Assembly (NCBI GenBank): GCA_012295275.1
Contig: CM022677.1
Location: 16,430,001 to 16,494,000 of the forward strand
Origin: Chrysomallon squamiferum
Lineage: Eukaryota; Animalia; Mollusca
Direction of reading: 5' to 3'
DNA: 64,000 bases
A model generated the notes under the pieces. It was not told where the DNA came from. It saw only the letters and a list, made by a program, of their open reading frames with translations, and did not search any database. The first letter of the stretch is position 1; each line of letters begins with the position of its first letter. The position numbers and the translations under genes were made by a program. Of this stretch, positions 45,102 through 62,703 are shown in pieces.

Positions 45102-45965
45102 GTTACGTAATTTGAAGTCTCTTGAATAAAACAAAGAAAAGCGTGGATATGATTGAAGTAGCAATTTTGTTACGTAATTTGAAGTCTCTTGAATAAAACA
45201 AAGAAAAGCGTGGATATGATTGAAGTAGCAGTTTTGTTACGTAATTTGAAGTCTCTTGAATAAAACAAAAAAAGCGTGGATATGATTGAAGTAGCAGTTT
45301 TGTTACGTAATTTGAAGTCTCTTGAATAAAACAAAAAAAGCGTGGATATGATTGAAGTAGCAGTTTTGTTACGTAATTTGAAGTCTCTTGAATAAAAAAA
45401 AAAAGCGTGGATATGATTGAAGTAGCAGTTTTGTTACGTAATTTGAAGTCTCTTGAATAAAACAAAAAAAGCGTGGATATGATTGAAGTAGCAGTTTTGT
45501 TACGTAATTTGAAGTCTCTTGAATAAAACAAAAAAGCGTGGATATGATTGAAGTAGCAGTTTTGTTACGTAATTTGAAGTCTCTTGAATAAAACAAAAAA
45601 AGCGTGGATATGATTGAAGTAGCAGTTTTGTTACGTAATTTGAAGTCTCTTGAATAAAACAAAAAAAGCGTGGATATGATTGAAGTAGCAGTTTTGTTAC
45701 GTAATTTGAAGTCTCTTGAATAAAACAAAAAAAGCGTGGATATGATTGAAGTAGCAGTTTTGTTACGTAATTTGAAGTCTCTTGAATAAAACAAAAAAAG
45801 CGTGGATATGATTGACGTAGCAATTTTGTTACGTAATTTGAAATATCTTGAATAAAAATAAAAAGCTTGGATATGATTGACGTAGCAATTTTTTTACGTA
45901 ATTTGAAGTCTCTTGAATAAAAAAAAGCGTGGACATGATTGAAGTATCAACTTTGTTACGTAATC
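45102..45965. repeat. 66-bp tandem satellite, 13 full copies plus a partial copy
   Basis: Unit GTTACGTAATTTGAAGTCTCTTGAATAAAACAAAAAAAGCGTGGATATGATTGAAGTAGCAGTTTT starting at 45102, 45169, 45236, 45302 and so on to 45955. Near-identical internally and degenerate at the right end. Confidence 0.97.
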
Positions 45966-46312
45966 TGAATTCGGTGACGATTGTCAAAAAGGTTTACGAC
46001 ATACAGTTGATGTGGAAGTGGATGATATGTAGACATTGTACTAAATTGAAGAAAATGTGATATACATAGATAGATAGATAGATAGATAGATATAGATAGA
46101 TAGATTTTATTATAACTCAACATAAAGTAGAAATGGATGATATGCATATATTATACTAGATTGAAGAAAATGCAATATATATATATACTATAGACTTTAT
46201 CGTAACTCAGTATACAGTTGAAATAGATAGTATCAAGGATTGTACCAGATGGATGAGTACTTGATACGATACAACGCAGAATACGTCACAACTAGTTCTG
46301 ACCAATAAAGCA

Positions 46313-46326
46313 GTTGCCATGGTTAC
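46313..46326. promoter_or_regulatory. RFX X-box in the conserved FUT upstream block (also at 39538-39551, 9412-9425, 5330-5343)
   Basis: GTTGCCATGGTTAC (reverse complement GTAACCATGGCAAC). The other copies carry GTTGCCATAGTTAC or GTCGCCATAGTTAC. Confidence 0.5.
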
Positions 46327-46649
46327 AACGTAAAACTAGACTGTGACCGCTGTAACAGTCTCTAGAGATTCAAACCTAATAAAATAAAAAAATAAAAACA
46401 CGACAGCCTGAGCATCATTAAGAAAAAATGATAAAACTATAGTTCTGACAGTCTCAAATTATTTATTTATTTGTTTATTTATTTTTGTTTATATGTTCCT
46501 TTGTTGATTTGTTATGTTCGCTGTTTTACTCCTTTGCTGTTTCGTTTTTGTTTCTTTCAGTTTATATTTCGTATATACTTTACTCATTCGTTTATCTGTC
46601 TCTCTGTCTACACAAAGACTTATTCGTTTGTTTGCTTATTTATAATATT

Positions 46650-46680
<31 letters not shown>

Positions 46681-46829
46681 TGTATTTATTGTGAAATATG
46701 AAAAGACCAGGATATCCTTGATGCAAGCCTGCCTTTATTCAGTTAGAATACAATGAATTATTTACATGTAAAATATCCCAAAAATTTTGAAAAAGAAAAA
46801 TTGAAAATTTTTGAAAATGCACATAAAAA

Positions 46830-46968
46830 GGTATATTTACTCTGCATGAACAGAACTGCGCAATGTATCATCTGACCTTTATTGGACTATTTAAACAACG
46901 ACGCTTCTGTTGACCTAGGAAAAAAACCTTTAAATAATGATGAGAAAAGGCACAGATATTGCACGAAG
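46830..46968 (+). other. Probable non-coding 5'UTR exon of FUT-C (5' boundary approximate)
   Basis: Homologous block, TTGCACGAAG|GTAAGTT. Confidence 0.55.
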
Positions 46969-47560
46969 GTAAGTTATTTATTTATTTATTTATTTTTCAC
47001 TTTTTCAGTTTTTCTCTTGAGTACATTTATTGTACGTATATATTAATGAATTTATTTTCATCAATTCGGACTGTTTTATAAAACTGTTCAAATTAGAGTT
47101 TTGTCTAGAATTAGTATGAAAAATATGTAATTTGTTAATGTATTCTTCACGGATATAAGACTTAGCTGTCAAATTTACTTTCAGAATGTGTGTATGTCTT
47201 TCTATGTCTCTCTCTCTATGTGTGTTTGTGTGTATGTGTGTAAAAATCAAAAATAGATAAATAAATAATTAAAACAACATAAATAAATAAATAATTAAAC
47301 TGAAACTTCAGAATGTTTTTTTTTTTTTTTTTTTTTTTTGGGATGGTGTTTTTCTCGTATATAGCGAAAATATCTACTCATTTAATGATATGAAATATGA
47401 TAGAATTAAATTTTTTAAAGGCGAAATCTATTTTACTAATCTGCAGCATTTAAAATATTCAAGTGGAGTTGAAACTGACTAAATATTTGAGACGGAAAAA
47501 TACTTTATTTCAGCTTCTTTGTTACTGGATTCTTCAAAGATTTACTATTGTTAATAACAT

Positions 47561-47625
<65 letters not shown>

Positions 47626-47679
47626 GCAGTTCTTTAGTTCTTAAACAAAGCGAGGGAAGGGGGGAGAGATAGTAACTAT

Positions 47680-48226
47680 CAAGAGGACGATGTTTAATTA
47701 ATAATTAAATTAAATGTATTTCATGTCCATTAATTAACATCCAACAGGACTGCTGTTACATCAACGCTTACCAAGAGGACTGCCACTTTAACTTTTTTTT
47801 TTTCGTGCAACAGAACGGCTATTAAGATACAAACTTTACCAAGAGGACTGCCACCCGTTAAGAACACGTTTGTCCAAGAGGACTGCCGCTTATAACGTGA
47901 CATATATGCAGGTCTGGGAGAATTGAAGTTTATTGACATCGTGTTCTCTGAAGAGGACTGCCACTGTTAATATTAAGTTTGGACGCTAAGACAGGTTCTG
48001 TTTACACAAAGCGTTCCACTTTTGAACATCTGGTGTTTTTATACAAGGACGACTTTCGTTTATTAAAATGCATCGTTTATAAAAGCGAGGTTTCATTGAT
48101 AAACATTCATTTTCCAGAAAAGAGGACTGCCATTTATTAATATCCAGTCCTCGAAGGGGATAGGAGGACTGCCACTTGTTATTATCCACAGTTTGTTTCG
48201 GAGGACTGCCACTAACTAACTTTCAG
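47680..48226 (+). repeat. Degenerate AGGACTGCCAC-core array ending in the FUT-C splice acceptor
   Basis: About 10 cores, acceptor AG at 48225-48226. Confidence 0.8.
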
Positions 48227-48271
48227 TTCGTCATCTCGTCAACATCGAAGAGAACAGCCGATTATTAAAAC

Positions 48272-49462
48272 ATGAATAAATCAAAATATGTCAGGATGTT
48301 TATTCTGATCATCATTTCAGTAATTGTAATTAATATATTTTTATACGAAGAAAACAGTGTTAACACGTATTTAACAACTGTCAGCAAGTCGTATTTAAAA
48401 TGGCAAGGGATGACAAAACAAGCCAATATGTCATCGTCATTCACCTCGTACAATCGTACAGCGACAGATAACTCTAACAAAAACATACAATCGGTAACAA
48501 AGAAAGATGTTCGTATTAGTTCTGCAACTACGACGGCAGCTTATGGTAACACAAGAGAAGCAGGTGCAGATGAAAACTGGCGAGTGGACGGAAATCATGA
48601 CCTTCTGGGTAATTATACTTACAACGCGGCGTACAAACGAAGAAAAACATTTAACTTGTACGTTAGATGGAAACTGAAGACCGCTACTAATTCTTTAGTT
48701 ACGATTCGGAATGCAGGAAGAACGGGAAATTGCTTGTTTGAGTATGCGGCATTGTTAGGAATCGCATACATGAATAACAAGAAGCCTGCAGTTTCTCCCG
48801 ATAATCCGTTACTGAAGTATTTTGATTTGACGTTTGTGGAAAAGATTGACGTCAAGAAAGGAAAGTGGGTTCGCGTTAGAGAGAAAAGTTACGGAGTTTA
48901 TGATAGAAAGATGGAGAAGCTACCGAAAGAAAATGTTATGTTATCAACATATTTTCAAAGCTGGAAATATTTCAGGAACATTAGCAATTTAATTCGACAG
49001 GAATTTACTTTTAAATCAAATATAGTGAAATCAGCTGAAGAAAAATTCATGAGATATGTCTGGAATCGAACAAAACCAATAATTGGAGTTCACGTCAGAC
49101 GTACGGATGCGGTAAGAAATAAAGTGAAGTACGACAAAGACCAGCTTTCTTACCTCAACAAAGCTATGACATATATGACGTCATGTTACGGTAAACTGAC
49201 GTTTCTCGTAGCTACAGATGACGTCCAGTGGTGTCGAGAAAGTCTGAGTAAAAGTGACGTCATTGTGATAGATAAGGGGGACGCTGGTGTTGATATGTCA
49301 ATGATGACTAATTGTGATCACATGATTATAACCGAGGGATCGTTCAGCTTTTGGATTGCCTGGTTAGCTAATGGGCACACTGTATATTATAACAACAGAG
49401 GTGATAGAGATTTTAGTCAGGAAGATTATTATTTACCCACCTGGATTCCCTTCGGTCCGTAG
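48272..49462 (+). CDS. Galactoside alpha-1,2-L-fucosyltransferase, GT11 family, copy C, 396 aa
   Basis: Single-exon ORF colinear with copies A and B, with the same motifs (GVHVRRTD, TDDVQWC, GSFSFW). Confidence 0.93.
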   Translation: MNKSKYVRMFILIIISVIVINIFLYEENSVNTYLTTVSKSYLKWQGMTKQANMSSSFTSYNRTATDNSNKNIQSVTKKDVRISSATTTAAYGNTREAGADENWRVDGNHDLLGNYTYNAAYKRRKTFNLYVRWKLKTATNSLVTIRNAGRTGNCLFEYAALLGIAYMNNKKPAVSPDNPLLKYFDLTFVEKIDVKKGKWVRVREKSYGVYDRKMEKLPKENVMLSTYFQSWKYFRNISNLIRQEFTFKSNIVKSAEEKFMRYVWNRTKPIIGVHVRRTDAVRNKVKYDKDQLSYLNKAMTYMTSCYGKLTFLVATDDVQWCRESLSKSDVIVIDKGDAGVDMSMMTNCDHMIITEGSFSFWIAWLANGHTVYYNNRGDRDFSQEDYYLPTWIPFGP

Positions 49463-50328
49463 TACGGAGAGAAAATATAGAAGAAGAAAAAAATAGAAAA
49501 TGAAATCAAATATCGAACAGTTACTCATTAGTTCATTAATTGATCGATTAGTTTTTGTTGTTTGTTTGTTTCGTTTATGTTTTTGTTTTGTTCTTGTTGT
49601 TTTGGGTGGGTTTTTTTACAAACCTGTGTAAAACATTACAACATGGTATGTGTTATCCTGTAAATGAGCTAGGGTAGGCAATACATTTTCTAACGTTAGT
49701 GATACATTTTTAAAATGTTCAGCTAAATCGAGTCTGCGAAAGATGGAAAAATCTCAGGTTTTCCTCTGTGCCATCTAGAGATGAATAACAATTCACTACT
49801 TTGAATCTGAGTGGATTTATCAGTTAGTTTGGTCTAATTTTCACACGAACCAGATCGTGAAAATTACTATATAAAAACTATATAAAAACTACTATATAAA
49901 AACTACGAGTGCTGAACAATTCGAAACTGATCATTTAGAATTACTCATACATGAACATATAACAGAAGTAATTCTGTCATATCAAACTTTAAAAGTAACA
50001 GTTATAAACGTGAATTAATTAATAACAACGAAAACAACAACAACAATAATAATAACAGTAGTAACAACAACAACAACATGATGATAATAATTGCCGTTGT
50101 TGTTGTTGTTGACTTCTTCGTGATCGTCGTCGTCGTCGTCGTCGAAGTAGTAGTAAAAACAACAACAATCATGAAAGGCAAGATTCGCCTGAGATCCTTT
50201 CATTTTCGACAGACTCGATTTCTCTCTGTTCATAAATATATAATTAATCAACAACAACAACGATAATAATAATAATAATAATTACGATGTTTTCTATACA
50301 TATAATGACAACCCTACGGCAAATACTA

Positions 50329-50387
<59 letters not shown>

Positions 50388-50591
50388 TTCGACCTTTAAC
50401 CTGTTTCATACGTGTATTCTTAACATTGGTCTTGTTTAATTATCAATACCATTGCGATTTGCCTGGATGTTCCAGAAAAGGGAGGTAACTCTGTTTGTCA
50501 AACGTTAAGCAAATGAAAGCACTGGTTATACCGCCTGATCTCTTTTTGAATATGCGTTAATACAACTAAACATGTACTGCTTATTGTGTTT

Positions 50592-50648
<57 letters not shown>

Positions 50649-52718
50649 TAAAACATTGACAGATAACTGAATACATATTATGTACACTAAGTATGTGTTA
50701 ATTATATATATATATATTATAAACAAGAAATAAAGAAATAGATAGATAGATAAAAATATACAGATATGGATATATAAAACTGAACCTATATTCAAGGAGA
50801 ATAATATCATTGCTATATCAGATCACTGTTTGAAAAAAAAAAAATACTGTAAATTCAACTACATAATAATACATTAATAATAAAGATTTTAAAATATAAA
50901 ATATATTTCTTTTCTGTTTTTTTTCTTTCTTCTTTCTTTCTTCTAAGCATTTGTAAAGATTTATTATCATAATGATCATGTACCGTCCTTTTATAGTTGT
51001 TCAAGCATTTTGACGAGCAACAATGACCTTTCAAACAAAAGCTAAATGCCCGTCCATATTACACAATGTATTGTAAAAATATATTAAATTACGTTAACGC
51101 AGATTCGTTGTAGTCAGTATAAGATACAATCTCTATTTACAGCTAAATGCATTTTAATAAAAGAAGATTTTTATTTATTTTTTTTTTTTTTTTTTTATTC
51201 TATTTTTTTTATTCTAATTTTTTTTTTTTTTTTTTTTATTCTATTTTATTTTTTTTATTTTTTTTTATTATTCTATTTTATTTTACTTTTTTATTCTATT
51301 TTTTTTATTTTATTTTTATAATTTTTTTTTTATTCTTGAAAAAATCCTATTCGCTATTAAAATGAATTGATTCTGTATTAATTTTTATTTACTTATTTAT
51401 TTATTCATTTATTCACATATTCACATAGTTACTCTCTTAATTAATTACATCCTTTTATTATCATTTTATTTTGCTTTTTGCGATTTTTAACGTTTTCCTT
51501 ATTTAATTCTGTGTAAAGAAACAGCTGAAGGCAATTTCATAGTGAACATCTTATGATAACCAATCTATAAATTTAACAGTTAATATATTCATTTCCTTGG
51601 GCAAAACTAAAGACATACATTCATAACTCATAGCAGATTGTGATAACTAACCTGTTTCTGCTAAACAAAATAAAAAATAAAATGAAAAGAAACAAACAAA
51701 CAATTAAAACAGAAAAAGCAAGGCCAACTAAAACTAAACAATATGATATAACTTTATATCTACGCAAAAGATAAAGTTCTGTTTTATCATTTTGTTTTTC
51801 AATAAACAGTTCTTTTTTTTTTTTCCTTTTTCTTTTTCAGTAGACGATTGTTGAAAACGACCTTAAGGTTTATACAAACATACTGACATATATACAGACA
51901 TTTTATATATACACGTGTCTGTATGTATATGTGTGTACATATATAAATAAAATAAAAATAGCTATATATACGCATATTTATAGTTGTGAATGTATTATAC
52001 CTTTTATATGCACTCATCTTTTAATTATTTGTTATAAATGAGGGTTAGTAAGATTTTATATGTCTTGAAGACAGACCAATGTTACGATGCTGGTAAAGGG
52101 GAAAATACACTATTTGCATTTTAATGATCTTGTTGTAATAATAAATATATATTTAAAAAAAAAAAAAAAACGTTAATATGTATTGTTTTGTGTGAACGTA
52201 CCTTTAGATTTATCATTGAGGTTTTCATTGTTACGCATTCAGTCGAGCATGGAACGCTTCTGTTCACTCATAAACAGGTACTGAATTAAAACTACATTTA
52301 GAAAGCTTCGTCAGAATCACGAGCTGACACGCATGACCTAATACGTCAAAGGTCACAAATCATCTGTGACGGAAAAGTCATAAAAAAATTTTTTTTCTAA
52401 AAATTAATAAAACATAACTAACATAGGCCCTATATGATATTAATAATGGGAAAAAAAAAGATAATAATAAAAGTAAAATATTCTTTAAACGCGTTCTCCT
52501 TTGTCTCGTCTTTTTTTTTTTTTTTTTTTTTCCTTGGCTTTAATTGTTTTGTTTTTCTATTTTATAATTATTCTTATTTATTTATTAAATCAAAGAGACA
52601 GAGTGTCGTTTTTTTTTTTTTTTTTTTTTTTTTTTGGTCTGTATATCTGTCTGTGCGTTTCTGTGTGTGCGAATCGGTGCTTGATTATAGGTAGTGGGCA
52701 TAGATATTCGTGCAGCTA

Positions 52719-52822
<104 letters not shown>

Positions 52823-53079
52823 TTAGCAAACAAACGGAGAGAAAGGAAATCGATAGGAAGAAAGGAATGAAACAAAGAAAGAATAAAAAAAGATAAAAAA
52901 AGAAATCTAAAATAACTAGTATTAAAGTAATATAAAAAAATAAATAAATAAATGATGATTGCAAAACTTTAACGAAAACAAATGTGTAAATAAAAGTGAC
53001 ATGATATTAGTACCTACAAGATATATATTTATATATACAAACATACATACGTACATAAGTAAACATACATATATATACA

Positions 53080-53114
<35 letters not shown>

Positions 53115-53411
53115 GGATATACATACATTTACATACGTAAAGAGCCATGCTTTGGCAGTGAGATATTTTTACAAAAGTAAAGTGGATAATTCAGCTTTAA
53201 AAAAGTAAGTCTTATTTTTAGAACTGCCAATAGTATAATAGACCAGAAATATATATATATATATTTAATAAGGTACAGACATCTGAAATGAAAGTGTTGA
53301 AAAGAATCAACAAAAGATAAAACTTGATTCAACAGCAGCTGTAAAATTGTATCAAGAGACAGAATAAATAAAATATATTTAAACAGTAATGTTTAGGGAA
53401 TGTAATAATTC

Positions 53412-53452
<41 letters not shown>

Positions 53453-53845
53453 TTTTTGAGGGGGGGGTTGTTTAAATCCGTGATCTGTCCTATAGATTTT
53501 AAACGTATTAAATTAAATTATAAAGTTTGTTGCATTTATTTCACATCATAGCAAAATTTGTTTTAACTATTTATATTATGTTCAGAAAGAAAGAAAGAAA
53601 GATCGAAAGAAGGAGATAATTAAGACAGTCAAACAAATAAAAGAAAGAGAGAACTGCTTAAAGAAGAAATAATGAAGATTGAAAGAATTAAAGATATGAT
53701 AAAAAAAGAAACACAGAAAGTAAGAAAGTATGAAGATAAAAATTAAAGAAAAAAAAGAACAGATAATAAAGAAAAATTAAATATAATAAAGAAAGAAAGA
53801 AAAGAAAGATGATAAAGAAAGAAAGAAAGAAAGAAAGAAAAAGAC

Positions 53846-53921
<76 letters not shown>

Positions 53922-54369
53922 AAAGAAACAAAAAGACAAAAACAAGAAAACAACAAATGAATATTTTTTTCTGAAACGAGCTGATGATTTAAAAATATAT
54001 TATTACTGGAAAAAATGAAATTAACCGAATGAACAAAAAAAAACGAATAAATCAGTGAACGACAACATAAGAAACCACAGAACGAAGAACAACAAAAACA
54101 AATAACAATTATCTTTTGTTGTCATAACGAACGTTTCACTAATACAACAATGATTTCTGGAAATATTTTGCTTAAAGAGGCCTAGAAACCTGAAACCTGA
54201 AACCGCAGACGCTCGGGTATTCGGGTATTCAGAACATTTGATTGAAAATTTAGTATTTAGTACTGATGTAGGAATCGTTTAATACGGCAATACTCTCAAA
54301 TTGTACTACCATTAATATACCAGAGCTATAAATTAATAAACAAACAAATAAATAATTATAATAAAAACA

Positions 54370-54408
<39 letters not shown>

Positions 54409-54759
54409 CGAAGAACAAAGAAAAAAAATACCACTTACTGAAACGATCCAACATGGCGACAGAGGTCATTGTGTACAAACACAGCACTATTCAACAATCA
54501 GCCGACAAGTAAATGAAAACATATATCTCTTACACCTCTAGTGCTTTATAATATGATAATAACACAGTGCGTTAGATAAATATAGAACCACATCAGTTAT
54601 GTTGCTATAAGGAAAATGAAACCATTGCGTCAGATATCTTTTTGGGAATCGGGGAAAGCAAAACTGTGCGCTTCTATAAGTTTCCTTTGTGTAGTTTTGT
54701 GGTCTTTAATACAAAAGTTGTACTTTCAGAATCACTTTCCTGTATTATTATTATTATTC

Positions 54760-54806
<47 letters not shown>

Positions 54807-54908
54807 AGAGATTACTGTCAGACGTACACATATAGATATGTTTGGAAGAAACAGAGAGAGAGAGAGATAGAGAGAGACAGAGAGAGACAGACAGATAGAG
54901 ACAGAGAC

Positions 54909-54942
<34 letters not shown>

Positions 54943-55031
54943 GCAGAGAGACAGAGAGACAGAGAGACAGAGAGACAGACAGAGAGAGACAGAGACAGAG
55001 AGACGAGAGACAGACAGACAGAGACAGAGAC

Positions 55032-55064
<33 letters not shown>

Positions 55065-56078
55065 GAGAGAGAGAGAGAGAATTTGGCAAGCTGTCAATTC
55101 TATCAGGATAGCAAAGACTTATGAATATTTGTTCACCATAAAAATCTATATATATAAATTAAAAAAAAAAATAAACCTTTTTAAAGTACTTCCTTCTTGT
55201 TCTTATTATTATCAGCCGTCTAGAAATTCATTGTGTTTGTTGTTGCTACGATCTTGGTGAATGAAATATATGACTTTGTCGACAGAGCAAATGTTGCTTT
55301 TATATATCTAACCTATATTACACAATGTTAAGTTCGCAGTGATAACTAGTAAAAGAAAGTAAATAAAGTAAATAAAAATTATAACTAATAATAACAACAA
55401 AAAACAAAATAATAATAATAATAGCTAATAATAGAAAATAATTAAAAATAATAACAAATAACAGAAAATAAACCAAAAATAATAACTATTAACATAAAAA
55501 AAATAATAATAATAATAACTAATAATAGTAAATAAATAAAAATAAACATTTATTATATGAAAGCAATTTTTCACGTACCTCTCTCTTAAATCGCCGTAAT
55601 GTTGTCCTCAATAGGATCAAGCAGTTGATGTAGTCGTTGTTGTTGTTATCCCCCCTGCTAAGTTTTGTCCACTGTTGTTGTAAATGCTGTCTTTGTGGTT
55701 GTTGTTTTCGCTGTAGTAGTAGCTGTTCTAGATGTAGTTGTAACAAAAGGTGTTCTCTTGGCAGTTGTTGCTATTGAAGTTTTCGTAGATGTATATCAGT
55801 TTGCAGCTCTAGTGGTTGTTGTAGTAGTCTAATCATTAACACGTTCAGCTGGGGCGATCCGAACTGAAATATTATTCATGAAATTTATTACAAACATATA
55901 AGTTATTTATAATACTAGTATTATTATAACAGGACAGCAAATGCCACGGGCGAACATTATGTTACAAAAGGGGGTAAGAAAAAAAAAAAAAATAACCCAA
56001 AAGAAAATCCACAAGAAAATCCAGCCTACATAATATCTACGCTCGACTGAATTCTGTTTTCATGTAGCAGTTCTCTGA

Positions 56079-56109
<31 letters not shown>

Positions 56110-56267
56110 CTCAGTGACGTTTTATTTGCGTGTCCTGCTGGCCTGTTATTCAATGGGTTAGTTTCAGAGAATTGTATTTCTTTATTCTTCGTAGTATTAA
56201 CTGTTATATGTAAGTTAAAAGCACGGATATGTATCAGTGTATATATGTCTGTGTGCGTGTGTATATC

Positions 56268-56298
<31 letters not shown>

Positions 56299-57179
56299 TG
56301 TGTGTGTTTTTAGTATTTGTCGTGAAAACAATTATATTTACAAAAGATATATATATAAACCATAAAATTTGAAATCTTTAATATATTGAAACGTAATTCA
56401 AAATGTACAAAAACAAATACAAATAACTAAATAACTAACTAAACAAATAAATGTCTTATCTACATTAATGTCCTAACTAAATTTACAAGAAAATTGATGT
56501 CCTAATATTACATCCATAAACAGAAAAATCTTACGTCATAGTACTGTTGACGTCATCGCAACGACAACCAACGAACGCTATTTTCGTTATCATTAAGGGA
56601 ATCCTCGATTTTACCCGATGTCGAAAATTACCGATCTCTACTGTAACTAAAAACTGATAAATTTATTTATTTTTATTTATTTATTTATTTACTTCCTGGT
56701 CATGTTATGTTACTGATTTATTTATTTTATTTTATTTTATTTTATTTTTTTTTTTTTTTAAATGTATTCTCGCAGATATTTTATTTATAAATCTCAATCG
56801 TTACGTGAGTTATTTAAAGAATATATATTTTTTTTAATTTAATGATTTCTATTTCATTTATTTATTTCCCACCACCACCATCATCATCATCATCGTCATT
56901 ACTATTATTTGTAGTAGTAGCAGAAGCAGTAATAGTGCTAATAGAAAGAATAAACGGTAAATATTTACATTTAATAAAATGAAGACACAAAAGCTGCCAC
57001 ACTGAGTTTCTTAGCACGAAGTAATATTTAGTAAGCACCTTCCCTTGAACAGCAGTGCATGTCTCATAATCTCTCGTAAACCAGCTGAAAGGTATAGGTT
57101 AGAACGGGAAGTAACTGACAATTCTATTTAAAATACGTACACTCAAACACTGTCGTGAACACGCACACATACACACACA

Positions 57180-57231
<52 letters not shown>

Positions 57232-57719
57232 CACACACACACAAACACACAAACGCACAGCAATATACGTTCAAGATCTCGCTGTGTAAAAATAAACTAT
57301 CTATATTATACAAAGTCATGGAGTAGTTCAGACAGCGGATTAAGTAACGTTACGCACTGGTAAATAAACACACACACACACACAAAGAATAAAAAAAAAA
57401 AAAAAATTGTTCTGTCTATTTTTCAATAGTTTATTGTGTGTACCATTCTTACATAGTCACGTTCGGGAGCCTTTGTTGACGTCGGTGGTGGTGATGATGT
57501 TGTTTGTCAAGTTCTTTGATACGCTTCAAGTAACGATGAATATTTTACTGATTAATTTTTCTTGTTCTCTTGCTTAGTTCGTTTCGTTCGTTTAAATTTT
57601 TATTAAATTTTTGTAAATTTTATTTATTTATTGACTGATTTATTTATTTATTCATTTATTTATTTATTTATTTATTTATTTATTATTGTTCGTCTCACAT
57701 CTGTTAGTCCATCTGTCTC

Positions 57720-58125
<406 letters not shown>

Positions 58126-58189
58126 TTTTCCCTCCATCCCTCCCTCCATCCATCTCTCTCCCGGACTCTGTGCCCCCTCTGTCTCTCTC

Positions 58190-60710
<2,521 letters not shown>

Positions 60711-60945
60711 TTGTAACAGGGAAAGGATAAAGTTAAAAATTAAAAAGTCAGCTATTTTCTTCTTCTTCTTTAAATATTTCATTCAGAAGTCAACGTTCGT
60801 TGTTTCTGTTTTTGTTTTGTTTTCTTAGGCCTGTGAGTAAGATAAACTTATGTCTATGTCCTTACTAACGTAAGCATTAAATATATACATATAGAAATAT
60901 AATACAACGAGAACGACATACAGTCACACAGACACATTCACATGC

Positions 60946-61008
<63 letters not shown>

Positions 61009-61137
61009 AACGCAAACGCAAATGTACACACACACACGGATACACGTATAGATAAATAGATACATATGAATGCATAACAAAGAGAAAGCATACACAATCA
61101 TACATAAAAATACACACACATAAATACATACAAACTA

Positions 61138-61169
<32 letters not shown>

Positions 61170-61589
61170 GTACACAGACGTACACACACATATAAATCCA
61201 CATTTTTCTGTTCTCGAAGACTACATATATCTGTACATACGTATTCATGTCAGCAATATGTGATTTGTATTTTGTAAAGACAAGAAAATAAAAATTATGA
61301 ACTCACCTAGATCTCACAACAGTCTCTGATCTGCGATTTTGGCGTAAGAACAGAACAATCCTGACCTAAGACCTACAAAACCAGCTTAGAAACATTCTGC
61401 TCGATTTAAGTATGCTAAGGTGCGGTCATACCAACTGACTTTCTGTAACGATCATTCTTTCTTTCTTTTCTGTTTTTTTTTTTTTTTTTTTTTTTTTTAT
61501 TTATTTATTTAATTATTTATTTATATTTTTTATTTTTTATTTTTTAATTATTATTATTAATTGTTTATCTTCAATATTTATATTTAACT

Positions 61590-61711
<122 letters not shown>

Positions 61712-61931
61712 GACAATTGTTTTTTGATTATTTGTGTGTCGTTAAAAATTAGCAAATTTATATGTTTTATAATCAGCATTCCACATCTTATAAATAAATT
61801 TAAAAATAAGAATAAAAACAAAACTGTTATTGATAATCAGACAGAACATCTAACACGACATCAGCTGGATCTAGTCTAGCAAGACCTGCTGCTTATATTA
61901 TGACTAATGTGAGGGATTGGAAGATGAATGA

Positions 61932-62008
<77 letters not shown>

Positions 62009-62101
62009 GTGTGTCTGTCTCTTTTCTTTCTCTCTCTCGCTCTATTCTCTCACTATATACATATATATTTTTCCTTCTATCTATATTTTTCCTTCTATCT
62101 G

Positions 62102-62150
<49 letters not shown>

Positions 62151-62672
62151 GTACATATATATGTGTATGTATCTCTGTGTGTTTGTGTGTCTACATGTAT
62201 GTGTGTGTTATACTGTCAATTTCACCTCCCCCCAAACCCACTTGAAAACATTCATGAAACGCTCCTTCACAATATATAATAGATTTTGTTTGGAAACTGC
62301 AAAAGAGTTTACGCCTGTCTTTGTAAACAAGTTAACATGGAATAAACACATTGAAAATAAAGATCTGCTTTAAGAACAATTATAGCTTTACACGCCCGAA
62401 GGCTACCATCAAAAAGTGGGAATTGACAAAAATGATCATTTTAATGTTAAATAACAAACGAATAAAATACAACAGCGAACAAACTGAAGTCAGCCATTTT
62501 GTTTAGTCATTTGTGTACTATACTATGTCATACTATGTCATGACGTCATATTGTGACGTCATGTCATCGATGGAGATATTATTCTATGAAATATAAGTAA
62601 ATGAGCGAGTGAATATTATTATAACGACAACAACAGAAGAAGCAACAGTAAAAACAGTAATAATAATAATAA

Positions 62673-62703
<31 letters not shown>

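Noticed and set aside
45103-45823. Repetitive ORFs of 107-142 aa on the - strand
   Set aside because: Translation of the 66-bp satellite. Unit-length variation (65-67 bp) shifts frames, so it is not under coding constraint.
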